Below, in pieces: positions 9,335-19,330 of a stretch of 64,000 nucleotides of DNA. Under the pieces are notes generated by a model. It searched no databases, had not been told where the DNA came from, and worked only from the letters and a program-made list of their open reading frames with translations. A program made the translations under genes and the position numbers. Source of the DNA: an uncultured bacterium (GTDB lineage Bacteria > Fidelibacterota > Marinisomatia > Marinisomatales > AB-629-J13); contig CAYSQB010000002.1 in the NCBI GenBank assembly GCA_964433085.1, forward strand, positions 981 to 64,980, written 5' to 3'. The stretch's first letter is position 1, and each line of letters starts with the position of its first letter.

Positions 9335-10770
9335 TAGAAAAATATAAGTGAAACTAAAATAAAAAGTGGCAACAAAATAGGAATTGAATATTTAGTCATA
9401 TACCCAAAAAAAGAAGGCATATTAATTCCTGCTTCTTCAGAAATAGATTTCACCATAAAATTTGGTGCATTTCCAATATATGTCATCGCCCCCATAAAGA
9501 CTGCTCCAGAAGAAATGGCTAATAACGTATTGGGCAGTTCCACCATGAGAGAAACGGGGTTGCCTCCAGCTGTATTAAAAAAGACTAGATACGTGGGTGC
9601 ATTATCAAGAAAACCTGAAAGGATACCTGTAGCCCAGAAATACATATAATTAATAGGATCACCACTTTCTGTTGATACCGATGAAACGACTGATGCTAAA
9701 GCACCATGCGATCCAGATTTCAAAATAGCGATCGCTGGAATAATTGTTATAAATATTCCTGCGAAAAGTTTAGCGACTTCGATAATGGGAAACCAGGTAA
9801 ATTCATTGAATTCACGTATTTTTCTTGATGTCATAGCCCAACTTATATAAGTAAGCCCTAATAATAGACAATCTCGAACCAAGTTTTGCATTTCTACTTT
9901 TACATGGAAAACATCAAAAGAATAAGGAACTACTTTATCACCAAAAATCATTGTAGGTTTCCAAAAACCGCTTAACAGGACACAACTAATTACTCCAAGA
10001 ATCAAAAATAGATTAAATGAGCCTTCTATACCCAATTTTTCTGTATTATCATTCTGAATCTCTGATTTTATTTCTCGATTATAATAATATGTATCTAGTC
10101 CAAAGAAAATTCCCAATAAGAAAAAAACCATGAACAGCATTGGTTTAAACATTGCTGTGGTTGTCCAAAAAAAATCTATTCCTTTAAGAAACCCAAGAAA
10201 CAATGGTGGATCACCCAGCGGAGTTAAGGAACCACCAATATTTGCAACGAGAAAGATGAAGAAAATAATAATATGTACTTTTTTTTGCCGCCACGCATTT
10301 GCTCTTAATATAGGACGAATTAGCAGCATTGCAGCACCTGTCGTTCCCATCCAACTTGCCAATATAGTACCGATAAAAATAATGAGCGTATTGAGCATTG
10401 GTGTCCCAATTAATGAACCCGTTAATTGTACACCTCCTGAGATAGTAAACAGTGCCAGAAGCAGGATTAAAAATGGTAAATATTCCAGCAATCCTACATG
10501 CAAAAGCTCATAAAGCGTAATCTTCCATCCTACCATTAAAAGGAATGGAAAAATAAATAGAATCGCCCAAAAAAAAGATACTTTCCCAAAATGGTGGTGC
10601 CAGAATCGTGGGAGAACTAATGGGAATACTGCAATAGAAAACAGTATCCCGATAAAGGGCATAATCCACCAAATGGACAATTGAGTTCCATCTAAATAAA
10701 GTGTACTATCGTTGGACCCAAATAAGTACATAGGAATCCCTGATAAAAGATATATGATTATTTTTTTCAT
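9334..10770 (-). CDS. Ion-transporter superfamily permease (ArsB/NhaD/CitMHS-like), substrate unknown
   Basis: 478 aa with about 11-12 hydrophobic segments and a PRFWHHHFGK motif near TM2. The family call comes from general resemblance only. Confidence 0.55.
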   Translation of the reverse strand: MKKIIIYLLSGIPMYLFGSNDSTLYLDGTQLSIWWIMPFIGILFSIAVFPLVLPRFWHHHFGKVSFFWAILFIFPFLLMVGWKITLYELLHVGLLEYLPFLILLLALFTISGGVQLTGSLIGTPMLNTLIIFIGTILASWMGTTGAAMLLIRPILRANAWRQKKVHIIIFFIFLVANIGGSLTPLGDPPLFLGFLKGIDFFWTTTAMFKPMLFMVFFLLGIFFGLDTYYYNREIKSEIQNDNTEKLGIEGSFNLFLILGVISCVLLSGFWKPTMIFGDKVVPYSFDVFHVKVEMQNLVRDCLLLGLTYISWAMTSRKIREFNEFTWFPIIEVAKLFAGIFITIIPAIAILKSGSHGALASVVSSVSTESGDPINYMYFWATGILSGFLDNAPTYLVFFNTAGGNPVSLMVELPNTLLAISSGAVFMGAMTYIGNAPNFMVKSISEEAGINMPSFFGYMTKYSIPILLPLFILVSLIFF

Positions 10771-10882
10771 TCGTCTAAAGAAAATAATTTATAACCCAAA
10801 ATGAGTATAAATATGAGTGAATATTATTCATAGTTTTTTCTATTTCAATTGAATATTTTCAAAAAATACCCTAATTTAATAT

Positions 10883-11044
10883 ATGGGTACAATTTTGACT
10901 ATTTGTTTTTTGGGTCTGTCTATTTTAGGACTTTCCATTGGGACCATATTCAGGGACAAACCTTTGAGCGGCTCCTGTGGAGGAGATCCTAATGTATGTG
11001 ATTTTTGCAAGAATGGAAATAAAAAATGTATGAATACTTCTTGA
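10883..11044 (+). CDS. nqrM: (Na+)-NQR maturation protein NqrM (DUF539-like), small ORF absent from ORF track
   Basis: Hand-translated 53 aa: MGTILTICFLGLSILGLSIGTIFRDKPLSGSCGGDPNVCDFCKNGNKKCMNTS. It has one N-terminal TM followed by GSCGG and a Cys cluster. It sits 7 nt from the apbE stop, convergent with it. Confidence 0.65.
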   Translation: MGTILTICFLGLSILGLSIGTIFRDKPLSGSCGGDPNVCDFCKNGNKKCMNTS

Positions 11045-11051
11045 TAATACA

Positions 11052-12056
11052 TTATAGCATTACAACCATATCTTTAACTCCTGATGTCATTATTTGTTGA
11101 AATAATTCCCCTTTCCTGATAAACAGGATCGCCTCAAAATCCTTTAATTCCTCTATCATTTTTATTCCATCTTTCCCAAGTACAAGCAAAGCTGTCGCCC
11201 ATGCATCTGCTTCCGTGCAATAAGGGGCGATCACAGTAGCTGATGCAATGCTACTTTGAGCTGGGTGACCAGTAACCGGATCAATGATGTGAGAGTACAT
11301 CTTACTATTTTTCTCAAAGTAATTTCGGTAATCACCGGATGTGGCAACTGCCAAATCAGACACACTCAGAGCTATTTCAATTTTTCTTTTCGCAAGATTA
11401 TCAAATTCAGGAGTATCAATTCCAACTGACCATTTATTCCCATTCCTGTTTCTTCCTCTACACCGGATTTCTCCACCAACCTCAACTAAATAATTATTAA
11501 TATTTAATGTTTCTAATAAAATACTCATCTGGTCCACAGCAAATCCTTTGGCTATTGCATTCAAATCAATTTCAAGTTCAGGGTTCTTTTTCTTTATCGC
11601 ACTTTGGACAGTAACCAATTTGTCTGACCCCGTATTTATTTTTATTTTGTTTATTTCCTCCTCAGTGGGAATACGGATACTTCCTTTAAATTCAGGTCCA
11701 AAACCCCAGAGCCTCACCAATGGCATTACCGTTATATCAAATGCTCCATTGGTGAGACGTGATATGTTTTGTGCTCGGTGCACTACTTCAGAAAATTCTG
11801 AACTAATAGCAAAGGGATCACTTTGTTTCCATGAGTTAAAATTTGATATTTCACTATCAGCAATATACGTTGACATTTGTTGGTTTAGCTGATTTAAAAG
11901 TGAATCTACCTTACGCTGAATCAGATCAGCTCCAGGATGAAAATGATCCAATACATATACAACAGAATAGGTAGTTCCCATTGTATAGCCATCAATTATA
12001 AATTCCTCAGATTTATTTTGGCATCCTAACATACCAAGAATACCAAAGCCCAACAT
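11052..12056 (-). CDS. apbE: FAD:protein FMN transferase (flavin transferase), probable lipoprotein
   Basis: Motifs GYTMGTTYSV, AFDITV, GEIR and ATSGDY. Start chosen at the internal ATG, giving MLGFGILGMLGC (lipobox-like). The track start at 12110 would overlap nqrF. Confidence 0.88.
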   Translation of the reverse strand: MLGFGILGMLGCQNKSEEFIIDGYTMGTTYSVVYVLDHFHPGADLIQRKVDSLLNQLNQQMSTYIADSEISNFNSWKQSDPFAISSEFSEVVHRAQNISRLTNGAFDITVMPLVRLWGFGPEFKGSIRIPTEEEINKIKINTGSDKLVTVQSAIKKKNPELEIDLNAIAKGFAVDQMSILLETLNINNYLVEVGGEIRCRGRNRNGNKWSVGIDTPEFDNLAKRKIEIALSVSDLAVATSGDYRNYFEKNSKMYSHIIDPVTGHPAQSSIASATVIAPYCTEADAWATALLVLGKDGIKMIEELKDFEAILFIRKGELFQQIMTSGVKDMVVML

Positions 12057-12093
12057 CAGTTGGGCTTTATAGTTAATGGAAATAACTCTGTAA

Positions 12094-13323
12094 TTATCCA
12101 AAGCTATCATAGGCGATCATTTTAGGATCTACTCCAAGACTGTCCAGCATACTTTCACATGCGCTTATCATCATGGGAGGACCACACATATAATATTCAA
12201 CCTCTGTCGGGTCTTCATGATCTTTTAAATAGTTATCATATAACGCCTGATGGATAAATCCTGTTGGGCCTCCCCAGTCGTCTTCTGGTAAAGGCTCAGA
12301 CATTGCAATCTGATAAGAAAAGTTAGGAAACTTATTTTGAATATTATTAAAATCATCATCATAAAACATTTCCCGTAGGGATCTAGCTCCATACCAAAAA
12401 GACACCTTTCTCTTGGTTTTTAGTGTATGAAATAAATGAAATAAATGAGACCGCATCGGGGCCATACCGGCACCCCCACCAATATAAACCATTTCCCGAT
12501 TGGTATCTTTGATAAAAAATTCACCAAAAGGTCCAGATATCGTGACTTTATCTGCGGGTTTTAAATTGAAAATATAAGAAGATGCAATTCCGGGAGGAAC
12601 GTCATTCCAGAGAGCAGGAGGAGGAGTGGCAATTCGTACATTAAGCATAATTCTGTTTCCTTCTGCAGGATGATTTGCCATTGAGAATGCTCGGAAAACA
12701 TCTTCCTCATTTTGCGCAACCATTTCCCAGATTTTATATTTATCCCAATCCAGATGGTAAGCTTCCTCAATATCAAATTTACTAAATTTCAGATTGTCAT
12801 ACTGGGGGATATCAATCTGTATATATCCCCCTGCTTTAAAATCCAGGTTTTCACCAGACGGGAGTTCTAAAACTAGTTCTTTAATAAATGTTGCAACATT
12901 GTAATTGGATATTACTGTGCATTCCCATTTTTTGATATTAAATATTTCTTCCGGAATATGAATTACCATATCCTGTTTAATTTTTACCTGACAAGCCAAA
13001 CGCCAATGATCTCTTGCCATCGAACGATTAATGTAACCAGTTTCAGTGGGAAGAATCTCCCCTCCCCCTTCAACAACTTGACATTTACACATGGCACATG
13101 TTCCTCCTCCTCCGCAAGCAGACGGAAGATAGAGTTTACTATTTGCTAAAGAACTGAGCAGAGTAGATCCCGGACGAGTTATAATTTTGTTTGATTCATC
13201 ACCATTAATCAAAATGGATACATCCCCTTGAGGAAGCAGCTGACTTTCCGCCAAATTTAATATCAATACTAGAATGAGCATAACTCCAGTGAAAACTAGA
13301 ACCGACAGAAGTGTCAATACCAT
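12094..13323 (-). CDS. nqrF: Na+-translocating NADH:quinone oxidoreductase subunit F
   Basis: 409 aa with an N-terminal TM, the 2Fe-2S motif SACGGGGTCAMCKC, the FAD motif RAFSMAN and the NADH motif GGGAGMAPM. Confidence 0.95.
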   Translation of the reverse strand: MVLTLLSVLVFTGVMLILVLILNLAESQLLPQGDVSILINGDESNKIITRPGSTLLSSLANSKLYLPSACGGGGTCAMCKCQVVEGGGEILPTETGYINRSMARDHWRLACQVKIKQDMVIHIPEEIFNIKKWECTVISNYNVATFIKELVLELPSGENLDFKAGGYIQIDIPQYDNLKFSKFDIEEAYHLDWDKYKIWEMVAQNEEDVFRAFSMANHPAEGNRIMLNVRIATPPPALWNDVPPGIASSYIFNLKPADKVTISGPFGEFFIKDTNREMVYIGGGAGMAPMRSHLFHLFHTLKTKRKVSFWYGARSLREMFYDDDFNNIQNKFPNFSYQIAMSEPLPEDDWGGPTGFIHQALYDNYLKDHEDPTEVEYYMCGPPMMISACESMLDSLGVDPKMIAYDSFG

Positions 13324-13934
13324 TAGAGATCAATCCCGGAAAAAGCCATAAATGCCATGGATATCAATCCTGTCAGAAGCATGGTAATTCCTAACCCACG
13401 CAGTTTTAAGGGAACGTTCGAATATCTAAGTCGGTACCTTATTGATGCCATTGAGACAATAGCTAAAAACCAACCTAATCCGGAGCCAAATCCAAAAATA
13501 GTAGATTCCATCAATGTATATTCTCGTTCAACTAAAAACAGTGATCCTCCTAAAATGGCACAATTTACTGCAATCAATGGAAGGAATATTCCCAGATTAT
13601 AATAAAGAGTAGGTGAAAATCTGTCAAGGATCATTTCAACCAATTGTACCATAGCTGCAATTACAGCGATAAATACAATATAATTCAAAAAACTTAAATC
13701 TATATCAGGATATCCTGCCCAGGCTAAAGCACCTTTTTTGAGGAAAAAGTGATGTATCGCCCAATTTGCTGGTGCCGTAATCGTCAGAACAAATATAACC
13801 GCAAATCCCAATCCGATTGACGTATCTACCCGTTTTGAGATAGCTAAGAATGAACACATTCCCAGAAAATATACCAACAGAATATTTTCCACAAAGATTG
13901 CTTTTGTAAGCAAACTCAGATAATATTCCAACAT
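13323..13934 (-). CDS. nqrE: Na+-NQR subunit E
   Basis: 203-aa polytopic membrane protein at the NqrE position, with NqrD/E (RnfA/E-like) family resemblance. Confidence 0.9.
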   Translation of the reverse strand: MLEYYLSLLTKAIFVENILLVYFLGMCSFLAISKRVDTSIGLGFAVIFVLTITAPANWAIHHFFLKKGALAWAGYPDIDLSFLNYIVFIAVIAAMVQLVEMILDRFSPTLYYNLGIFLPLIAVNCAILGGSLFLVEREYTLMESTIFGFGSGLGWFLAIVSMASIRYRLRYSNVPLKLRGLGITMLLTGLISMAFMAFSGIDL

Positions 13935-14563
13935 TAGGCTTCTTCCTCAATATTAGCAAATATCCGATGAACCCAAACAATTAATCCTAGAATTATAAAT
14001 GCACCAGGTGATAAAACCATCAATCCATTATTTTCATATCCCATCGAATAAAAAATTTCCGGAATTATTTGAAAACCATACACTGTTCCATTACCCAATA
14101 ATTCTCTGAACAAAGAAACAACAATCAGAATAATCCCATATCCCATAGCATTTCCAAAACCATCCAAAAATGATTTTCCAGGAGGATTCTGCATTGCAAA
14201 TGCCTCTGCTCTTCCCATGATAATACAATTGGTGATTATTAAACCTACAAATACAGTTAACTGCTTGCTAAACTCATACATATAAGCTTGCAAAATCTCA
14301 TCTGCCAGAATGACTAAAGATGCAATAATAGACAATTGGACAACTATACGTACTTTACTAGGAATTAAATTTCTTAATAGAGAAATCAATGTATTCGATA
14401 TTGAAAGAACACACACAACAGTTAATGTCATTACCAGAGCAGTGTCCACTTTTAGAGTTACTGCTAGTGCGGAACAAATACCCAGAACCTGAAGAGTAAT
14501 CGGATTATTTCCCATGAGAGGATCTGCAATAATCTGTTTAGATTTTTTACTAATAATAGACAT
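13934..14563 (-). CDS. nqrD: Na+-NQR subunit D
   Basis: 209 aa with [17 protein letters not shown], typical of NqrD/RnfE. Operon position matches. Confidence 0.9.
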   Translation of the reverse strand: MSIISKKSKQIIADPLMGNNPITLQVLGICSALAVTLKVDTALVMTLTVVCVLSISNTLISLLRNLIPSKVRIVVQLSIIASLVILADEILQAYMYEFSKQLTVFVGLIITNCIIMGRAEAFAMQNPPGKSFLDGFGNAMGYGIILIVVSLFRELLGNGTVYGFQIIPEIFYSMGYENNGLMVLSPGAFIILGLIVWVHRIFANIEEEA

Positions 14564-15276
14564 TAAATTTCTAGTCCGCTTCTGATTTTTTTAAAAAATG
14601 GCTCATATTTTTTGAGATCTTCTTTTAAAAATTTATTTAATCCTCTACCAGTTATTGTAGCTCCTGAAATTCCATCTACCTTATGATAAGATTGGGGATC
14701 ATCATCACTTACCTTTCCTTTTATAACCTGAATGCTGATAAGATTACCTTCATCATCTATAAATTGTTTTCCCACAAAATTATTTTGAAACCACGGTTTT
14801 TCCACTTCACCTCCTAAGCCAGCAGTTTCTTTATGTTTATAAAATGTTATTCCTTTAACTGTTTTTCCATCCGGTTCAATAGCCAAATAGCCGTATAAAG
14901 TTGACCACAATCCTTTTCCAGAAATGGGAATTGCAAATCCTTCAATTTTGTCTTTAACTACTTTTTTATAAATTTGAAAATACGTTAGAGCTTCCGATGA
15001 CTCATGATCAATGGAAGTTGTCTCTATCCTATTTCCATTTTCATCAATATTAAATTCTTGCACGAAATCACTAAAGAGCGTTTGAATATCTTTTGGCTTC
15101 CACAAATGCTTTGCACTTTGTTCAAACCCTAGTGCAATCAATATATTTTTTTTTCTGTCCAACTCCACATTCGCGATTTGTTTTTCTTTCAATAAACCGG
15201 AAGCTATAGATAAGAAAAAACTCAGTACAATGGTGATGCAACTAGTAAATATAAGTGTGTAGGAATTACTCCGCAT
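14563..15276 (-). CDS. nqrC: Na+-NQR subunit C
   Basis: 237 aa with a single N-terminal TM and the covalent-FMN motif DGISGATITGRG. Confidence 0.9.
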   Translation of the reverse strand: MRSNSYTLIFTSCITIVLSFFLSIASGLLKEKQIANVELDRKKNILIALGFEQSAKHLWKPKDIQTLFSDFVQEFNIDENGNRIETTSIDHESSEALTYFQIYKKVVKDKIEGFAIPISGKGLWSTLYGYLAIEPDGKTVKGITFYKHKETAGLGGEVEKPWFQNNFVGKQFIDDEGNLISIQVIKGKVSDDDPQSYHKVDGISGATITGRGLNKFLKEDLKKYEPFFKKIRSGLEI

Positions 15277-16441
15277 ATCGTTTCATTCTATTTCTGATGT
15301 TGCTACGCACAACAAAATAATCTATCAAAGAAGCAAAAGCGTTCATTAATAATATTGCTAACATCACTCCCTCAGGATAGGCCGGATTAATTGCACGGAT
15401 TATCACAGTCAAAACTCCAATACATATTCCATAGATCCACCTGCCGGTGTCTGTGTGAGCTCCTGTGACCGGTTCTGTGGCCATAAACGTAATTCCAAAA
15501 GCAAAACTTCCCATAACAAGGTGGTAATGAGGAGGAATTGTCAACATAGAATTTGTGGAATATAAAGCTAAAATATTGGTAAGAAAACTGGTAGAAATTA
15601 ATCCAATTACAGCTCCCACCATTACTCTCCATGATGCAATACCAGTTATAATAAGAAATATGGCACCAATAATGATCATGAGTTTGCTGGTTTCCCCAAC
15701 AGAACCTGGAATCCAACCTAAAAACATATTTATCCATGAAAAATCAAATTGTGTCACTGAATTTAATAATGGAATCGCTTGTTCATTTTGAGTAGCTGCA
15801 GGGACAGCTAATGCTGTAGCTCCGGAATATCCATCGGGACCCAAAATCCATACTTTATCCCCTGAGATATCTCCCGGATATGCAAAAAATATAAAGGCTC
15901 TGGCGATTAATGCAGGATTGAATATGTTCATCCCCACACCTCCAAATATTTCTTTGCCTATTACAATCCCAAAAGTGGTTGCAACAGAAACCTGCCACAA
16001 AGGAATTGTCGGAGGCATAATAAGTGGAATTAGAGCACAAGTCACTAAAAATCCCTCAGATATCTCATGTTTTCTCACTACCGCAAAAAGAATCTCCCAA
16101 AATGCTCCAGAAATAAATGTAATAATAATTATAGGAAGAATGATCTTAAATCCTGTAAATGCATTTTCCCACCATAATCTTGACTCTCCATTTGCAAGAG
16201 CAGACTGGTACCCAACATTAAACATTCCGAACACATAACAGGGAAGCAATGCAACCACAACCAGTATCATCACTCTCTTAATATCCAAATGATCTCGAAT
16301 ATGGGGGCCGGATTTGGTGCGCTCATCTGTGCTAAATAAAATGGTTTCTGTAGCCTCATAAATTGCCCAAAAATAACGAAATCTTCCTCCTTCTTCAAAA
16401 TTGGGGCGTACCTTTAACAGTAATTTTAGAAGCCAGTTCAC
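15266..16441 (-). CDS. nqrB: Na+-NQR subunit B
   Basis: 391-aa polytopic protein with the FMN attachment motif GYSGATAL. Operon position matches. Confidence 0.92.
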   Translation of the reverse strand: MNWLLKLLLKVRPNFEEGGRFRYFWAIYEATETILFSTDERTKSGPHIRDHLDIKRVMILVVVALLPCYVFGMFNVGYQSALANGESRLWWENAFTGFKIILPIIIITFISGAFWEILFAVVRKHEISEGFLVTCALIPLIMPPTIPLWQVSVATTFGIVIGKEIFGGVGMNIFNPALIARAFIFFAYPGDISGDKVWILGPDGYSGATALAVPAATQNEQAIPLLNSVTQFDFSWINMFLGWIPGSVGETSKLMIIIGAIFLIITGIASWRVMVGAVIGLISTSFLTNILALYSTNSMLTIPPHYHLVMGSFAFGITFMATEPVTGAHTDTGRWIYGICIGVLTVIIRAINPAYPEGVMLAILLMNAFASLIDYFVVRSNIRNRMKRYAE

Positions 16442-17790
16442 TGACCTTCAATCTCCATTAAATCCAATCCCATCCGAATGACGCTGCCTACATCAATTTT
16501 ACTGGGACAGGCAAATGAACATAGAGCAAAATCTTCATCATCACATTCCCAAATACCCAGTTGTTCCATCTCCTCTATATCGTTAGACAAAATGGCACGA
16601 AACAAAGCATTAGGATAAATATCCATCGGTAATACTTTCTCCCATGCGCTAATAGGTACCATAGCACGATGGCTTCCATTTTGGGATGTATTAAAATTAA
16701 ATAATGCATTCCCAATTTTCATAAAGGCAGACGAGAGACTGTATCTTGTTTTTTTATTCCCCGGTTTAAGCATATTTATAAATTCTCTTGTAATTGTATC
16801 TGGTAAAACTGATACCGTACTATCGTAAAAACCCAAGTAGCCCGTTTGATGGGCTTCTTTTCCCGTCAAAACATCACCGGAAATGATCCGAATAGGGTCT
16901 TCAATTAATTGTTCATGTAACAGAGATCTCATAGAGACACCGGTTCTGGTACGCACGTGCATTGGATTTTTTATACCAGGACCTCCAATAGTTACCACTT
17001 TTGACGGATCATATCTTCCGGTAAGAAACAATTTACCCAGAGTAACAACATCCTGTGCGCTAACTGTCCATATAACATCTCCCGGATTAATGGGAGCTAT
17101 ATGATGGGTTTGAATCCCTACGTTCCCCGAGGGATGAGGTCCCTTTATAGTAACAGAGGCTGCATTATTAATCTTTTGTAAAACAGAATTGGGACGAACA
17201 CCAAGATATACGTTTCCCTCTGTCACTTTACTGAGAGCAGTAATACCAGCTTGAAATTGTTTCAGAGAACCCTTTAAAACCAATTCAAGGTCTACCGTTA
17301 ATGGTGCGGAATTAATGGCTGAAATAAAAATATCCCGTGGTTTTTCTTTTGGGTCTGCCACTTTATTAAATGGTCTTTGTCGTATGAGATGCATTAGATG
17401 CGATGATAAGATGGTTTCCATTACATTTTCTCTTCTCAATAGATCTAAATCACTCTCAGAATATTTGGTAGCTGATTTGGATTCTTCCTGTCCATCAATA
17501 TCAATCCCAATTTTTTCAAGAACTCTACGAGGACCAAATTGTATTTCATTAATAACACCGCCACCGGGGGACGCCCATTTCACTTCCGGATTGGTCTTAT
17601 CAAAAAATAAAGGAACCCCAATCTGAACACGATCTCCTTCTTTAACCAATAACTTTGGTTTTACTCCTCTAAACTCAGTCGGTAAAAGAGCGATGGAAGA
17701 TAAATTAGAATGTTTGGAGATTTCACTAGAAGGGACCCCAGCTATCTGAATATCATGTCCTTTTTTTATCGTGATATTCATTTTATTCAA
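16438..17790 (-). CDS. nqrA: Na+-NQR subunit A
   Basis: 450 aa, soluble-looking, with N-terminal ITIKKGHDIQIAG. First gene of the nqr set. Confidence 0.92.
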   Translation of the reverse strand: MNKMNITIKKGHDIQIAGVPSSEISKHSNLSSIALLPTEFRGVKPKLLVKEGDRVQIGVPLFFDKTNPEVKWASPGGGVINEIQFGPRRVLEKIGIDIDGQEESKSATKYSESDLDLLRRENVMETILSSHLMHLIRQRPFNKVADPKEKPRDIFISAINSAPLTVDLELVLKGSLKQFQAGITALSKVTEGNVYLGVRPNSVLQKINNAASVTIKGPHPSGNVGIQTHHIAPINPGDVIWTVSAQDVVTLGKLFLTGRYDPSKVVTIGGPGIKNPMHVRTRTGVSMRSLLHEQLIEDPIRIISGDVLTGKEAHQTGYLGFYDSTVSVLPDTITREFINMLKPGNKKTRYSLSSAFMKIGNALFNFNTSQNGSHRAMVPISAWEKVLPMDIYPNALFRAILSNDIEEMEQLGIWECDDEDFALCSFACPSKIDVGSVIRMGLDLMEIEGQ

Positions 17791-17810
17791 TAAAAATCAT
17801 GGAATTTTAA

Positions 17811-19304
17811 TTAAATTGTCTGAAATAGAAATTTCAGGGAACCTTCAACCCACTGTACCACAGGAGTCCAATAAATACCAAAAAGCAAGGTTGGCACCCC
17901 AGTTCCAAACAGCAAAGCAATTGTTAGTTTTGATGGTGCAGAGATAGAAGCCTGACGCTCACCATCCAAATACATTACTTTGATAACTCGAACATAATAG
18001 TAAAGTGATATAACACTGTTAATTGCACCAACAAAAACCAGCCAATAGAATGAGGGCCCTGCGTTTATCACACTATAAAAAATATAAAACTTCCCAATAA
18101 ATCCCGCTGAAGGTGGAATCCCTGTCAATGAAATCATAAATAATACCATGCACCCTCCTAGCAAGGGCATCTCCCAACCCAGTCCCTTAAAATCATCAAA
18201 TGTTTCCCCACCATTCTTTTTATTTTTAACATTAATTACAACAAGAAATGCTCCCAAATTCATAAATAAGTACATGACCAAATAAATCATAATGGCATAG
18301 ACACCATCACGAGAGAGAAGAGGTGCTGCCATGAGCATATATCCGGCATGGGCAATGCTTGAATATGCGAGCATCCGTTTTACACTATTTTGTTGGATGG
18401 CAACAAAATTTCCCAATGTCATGGTGAACAAAGACAGTATCCCAAGCAGCTGTGGCCAAGGGAGTCCGGTGTATCCAAAATCCTGATTTGCGATTACTCC
18501 ACCATCAGATAAAGAATCATTAAAAAATCTCAATAAAACAGCAAAGCCAGCAGCTTTTGGTGCAACAGATAGATAGGCAGTTACCGGAGTGGGTGCCCCT
18601 TCATAAACATCGGGTGTCCAAAAATGGAACGGAACAGCAGATATCTTATATCCAAACCCTGCTAAAATCAAAATCGAGGCTACTACAATAGCAAGAACTG
18701 CATCGGACCCTGCACTTCCCAAAATAGATCTGATTTCAAAAATTTTTGTGGTGCCCGTTACACCAAAAAGAATACTGAGACCAAATAACATTAATCCCGA
18801 TGAGAATGCACCATAGATGACATATTTTAGTCCAGATTCATTAGATCGTTTGTTCTTTTTTAAATAGCCTGCTAGAATAAATGAAACTATAGAAACTATT
18901 TCTATAGATAAATATACCATGATCAAATCAATAGCAGCTGCCATAAGTAACATCCCAAATACCATAATACTGATCAAAATATAATACTCCCCAGTCCGAA
19001 CATTATCAAGCTCCTGGCTTTCTCTGCTGATAAGAATAATAAAAACTGTAGCTATTATAACAAGAATCTTAAAAAATCTCGAAAAAGGATCAAAAGCCAA
19101 CGTGTTCATAAACAGGGATGTAATATCATTTTCAGGGATGAATTGAAATGAATACAGTGTCAGGAATAACCCGGCCAAAACCCAAATGCCCACTTGATGA
19201 GATTTTTCCGCTTTAACAAAAAGATCCACAACAACTGATACCAATATGGTACCAATAAGGACAAACTCTGGCAAATAATAGGATAGACTTTGAAGATTAT
19301 TCAT
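17811..19304 (-). CDS. nuoN: NADH-quinone oxidoreductase subunit N
   Basis: 497-aa antiporter-like (Mrp/ND2 family) membrane protein. Last gene of the nuo run. Confidence 0.9.
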   Translation of the reverse strand: MNNLQSLSYYLPEFVLIGTILVSVVVDLFVKAEKSHQVGIWVLAGLFLTLYSFQFIPENDITSLFMNTLAFDPFSRFFKILVIIATVFIILISRESQELDNVRTGEYYILISIMVFGMLLMAAAIDLIMVYLSIEIVSIVSFILAGYLKKNKRSNESGLKYVIYGAFSSGLMLFGLSILFGVTGTTKIFEIRSILGSAGSDAVLAIVVASILILAGFGYKISAVPFHFWTPDVYEGAPTPVTAYLSVAPKAAGFAVLLRFFNDSLSDGGVIANQDFGYTGLPWPQLLGILSLFTMTLGNFVAIQQNSVKRMLAYSSIAHAGYMLMAAPLLSRDGVYAIMIYLVMYLFMNLGAFLVVINVKNKKNGGETFDDFKGLGWEMPLLGGCMVLFMISLTGIPPSAGFIGKFYIFYSVINAGPSFYWLVFVGAINSVISLYYYVRVIKVMYLDGERQASISAPSKLTIALLFGTGVPTLLFGIYWTPVVQWVEGSLKFLFQTI

Positions 19305-19330
19305 GCTAAATATTAACCAATTTAAGCTGA

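Noticed and set aside
10771-10882. Cobalamin riboswitch upstream of the permease/adenosyltransferase pair, and other riboswitches (TPP before dxs, etc.)
   Set aside because: No B12-box-like GCCACTG or other recognisable conserved riboswitch core was seen, and the spacers are short and AT-rich. This cannot be excluded without covariance-model scanning.
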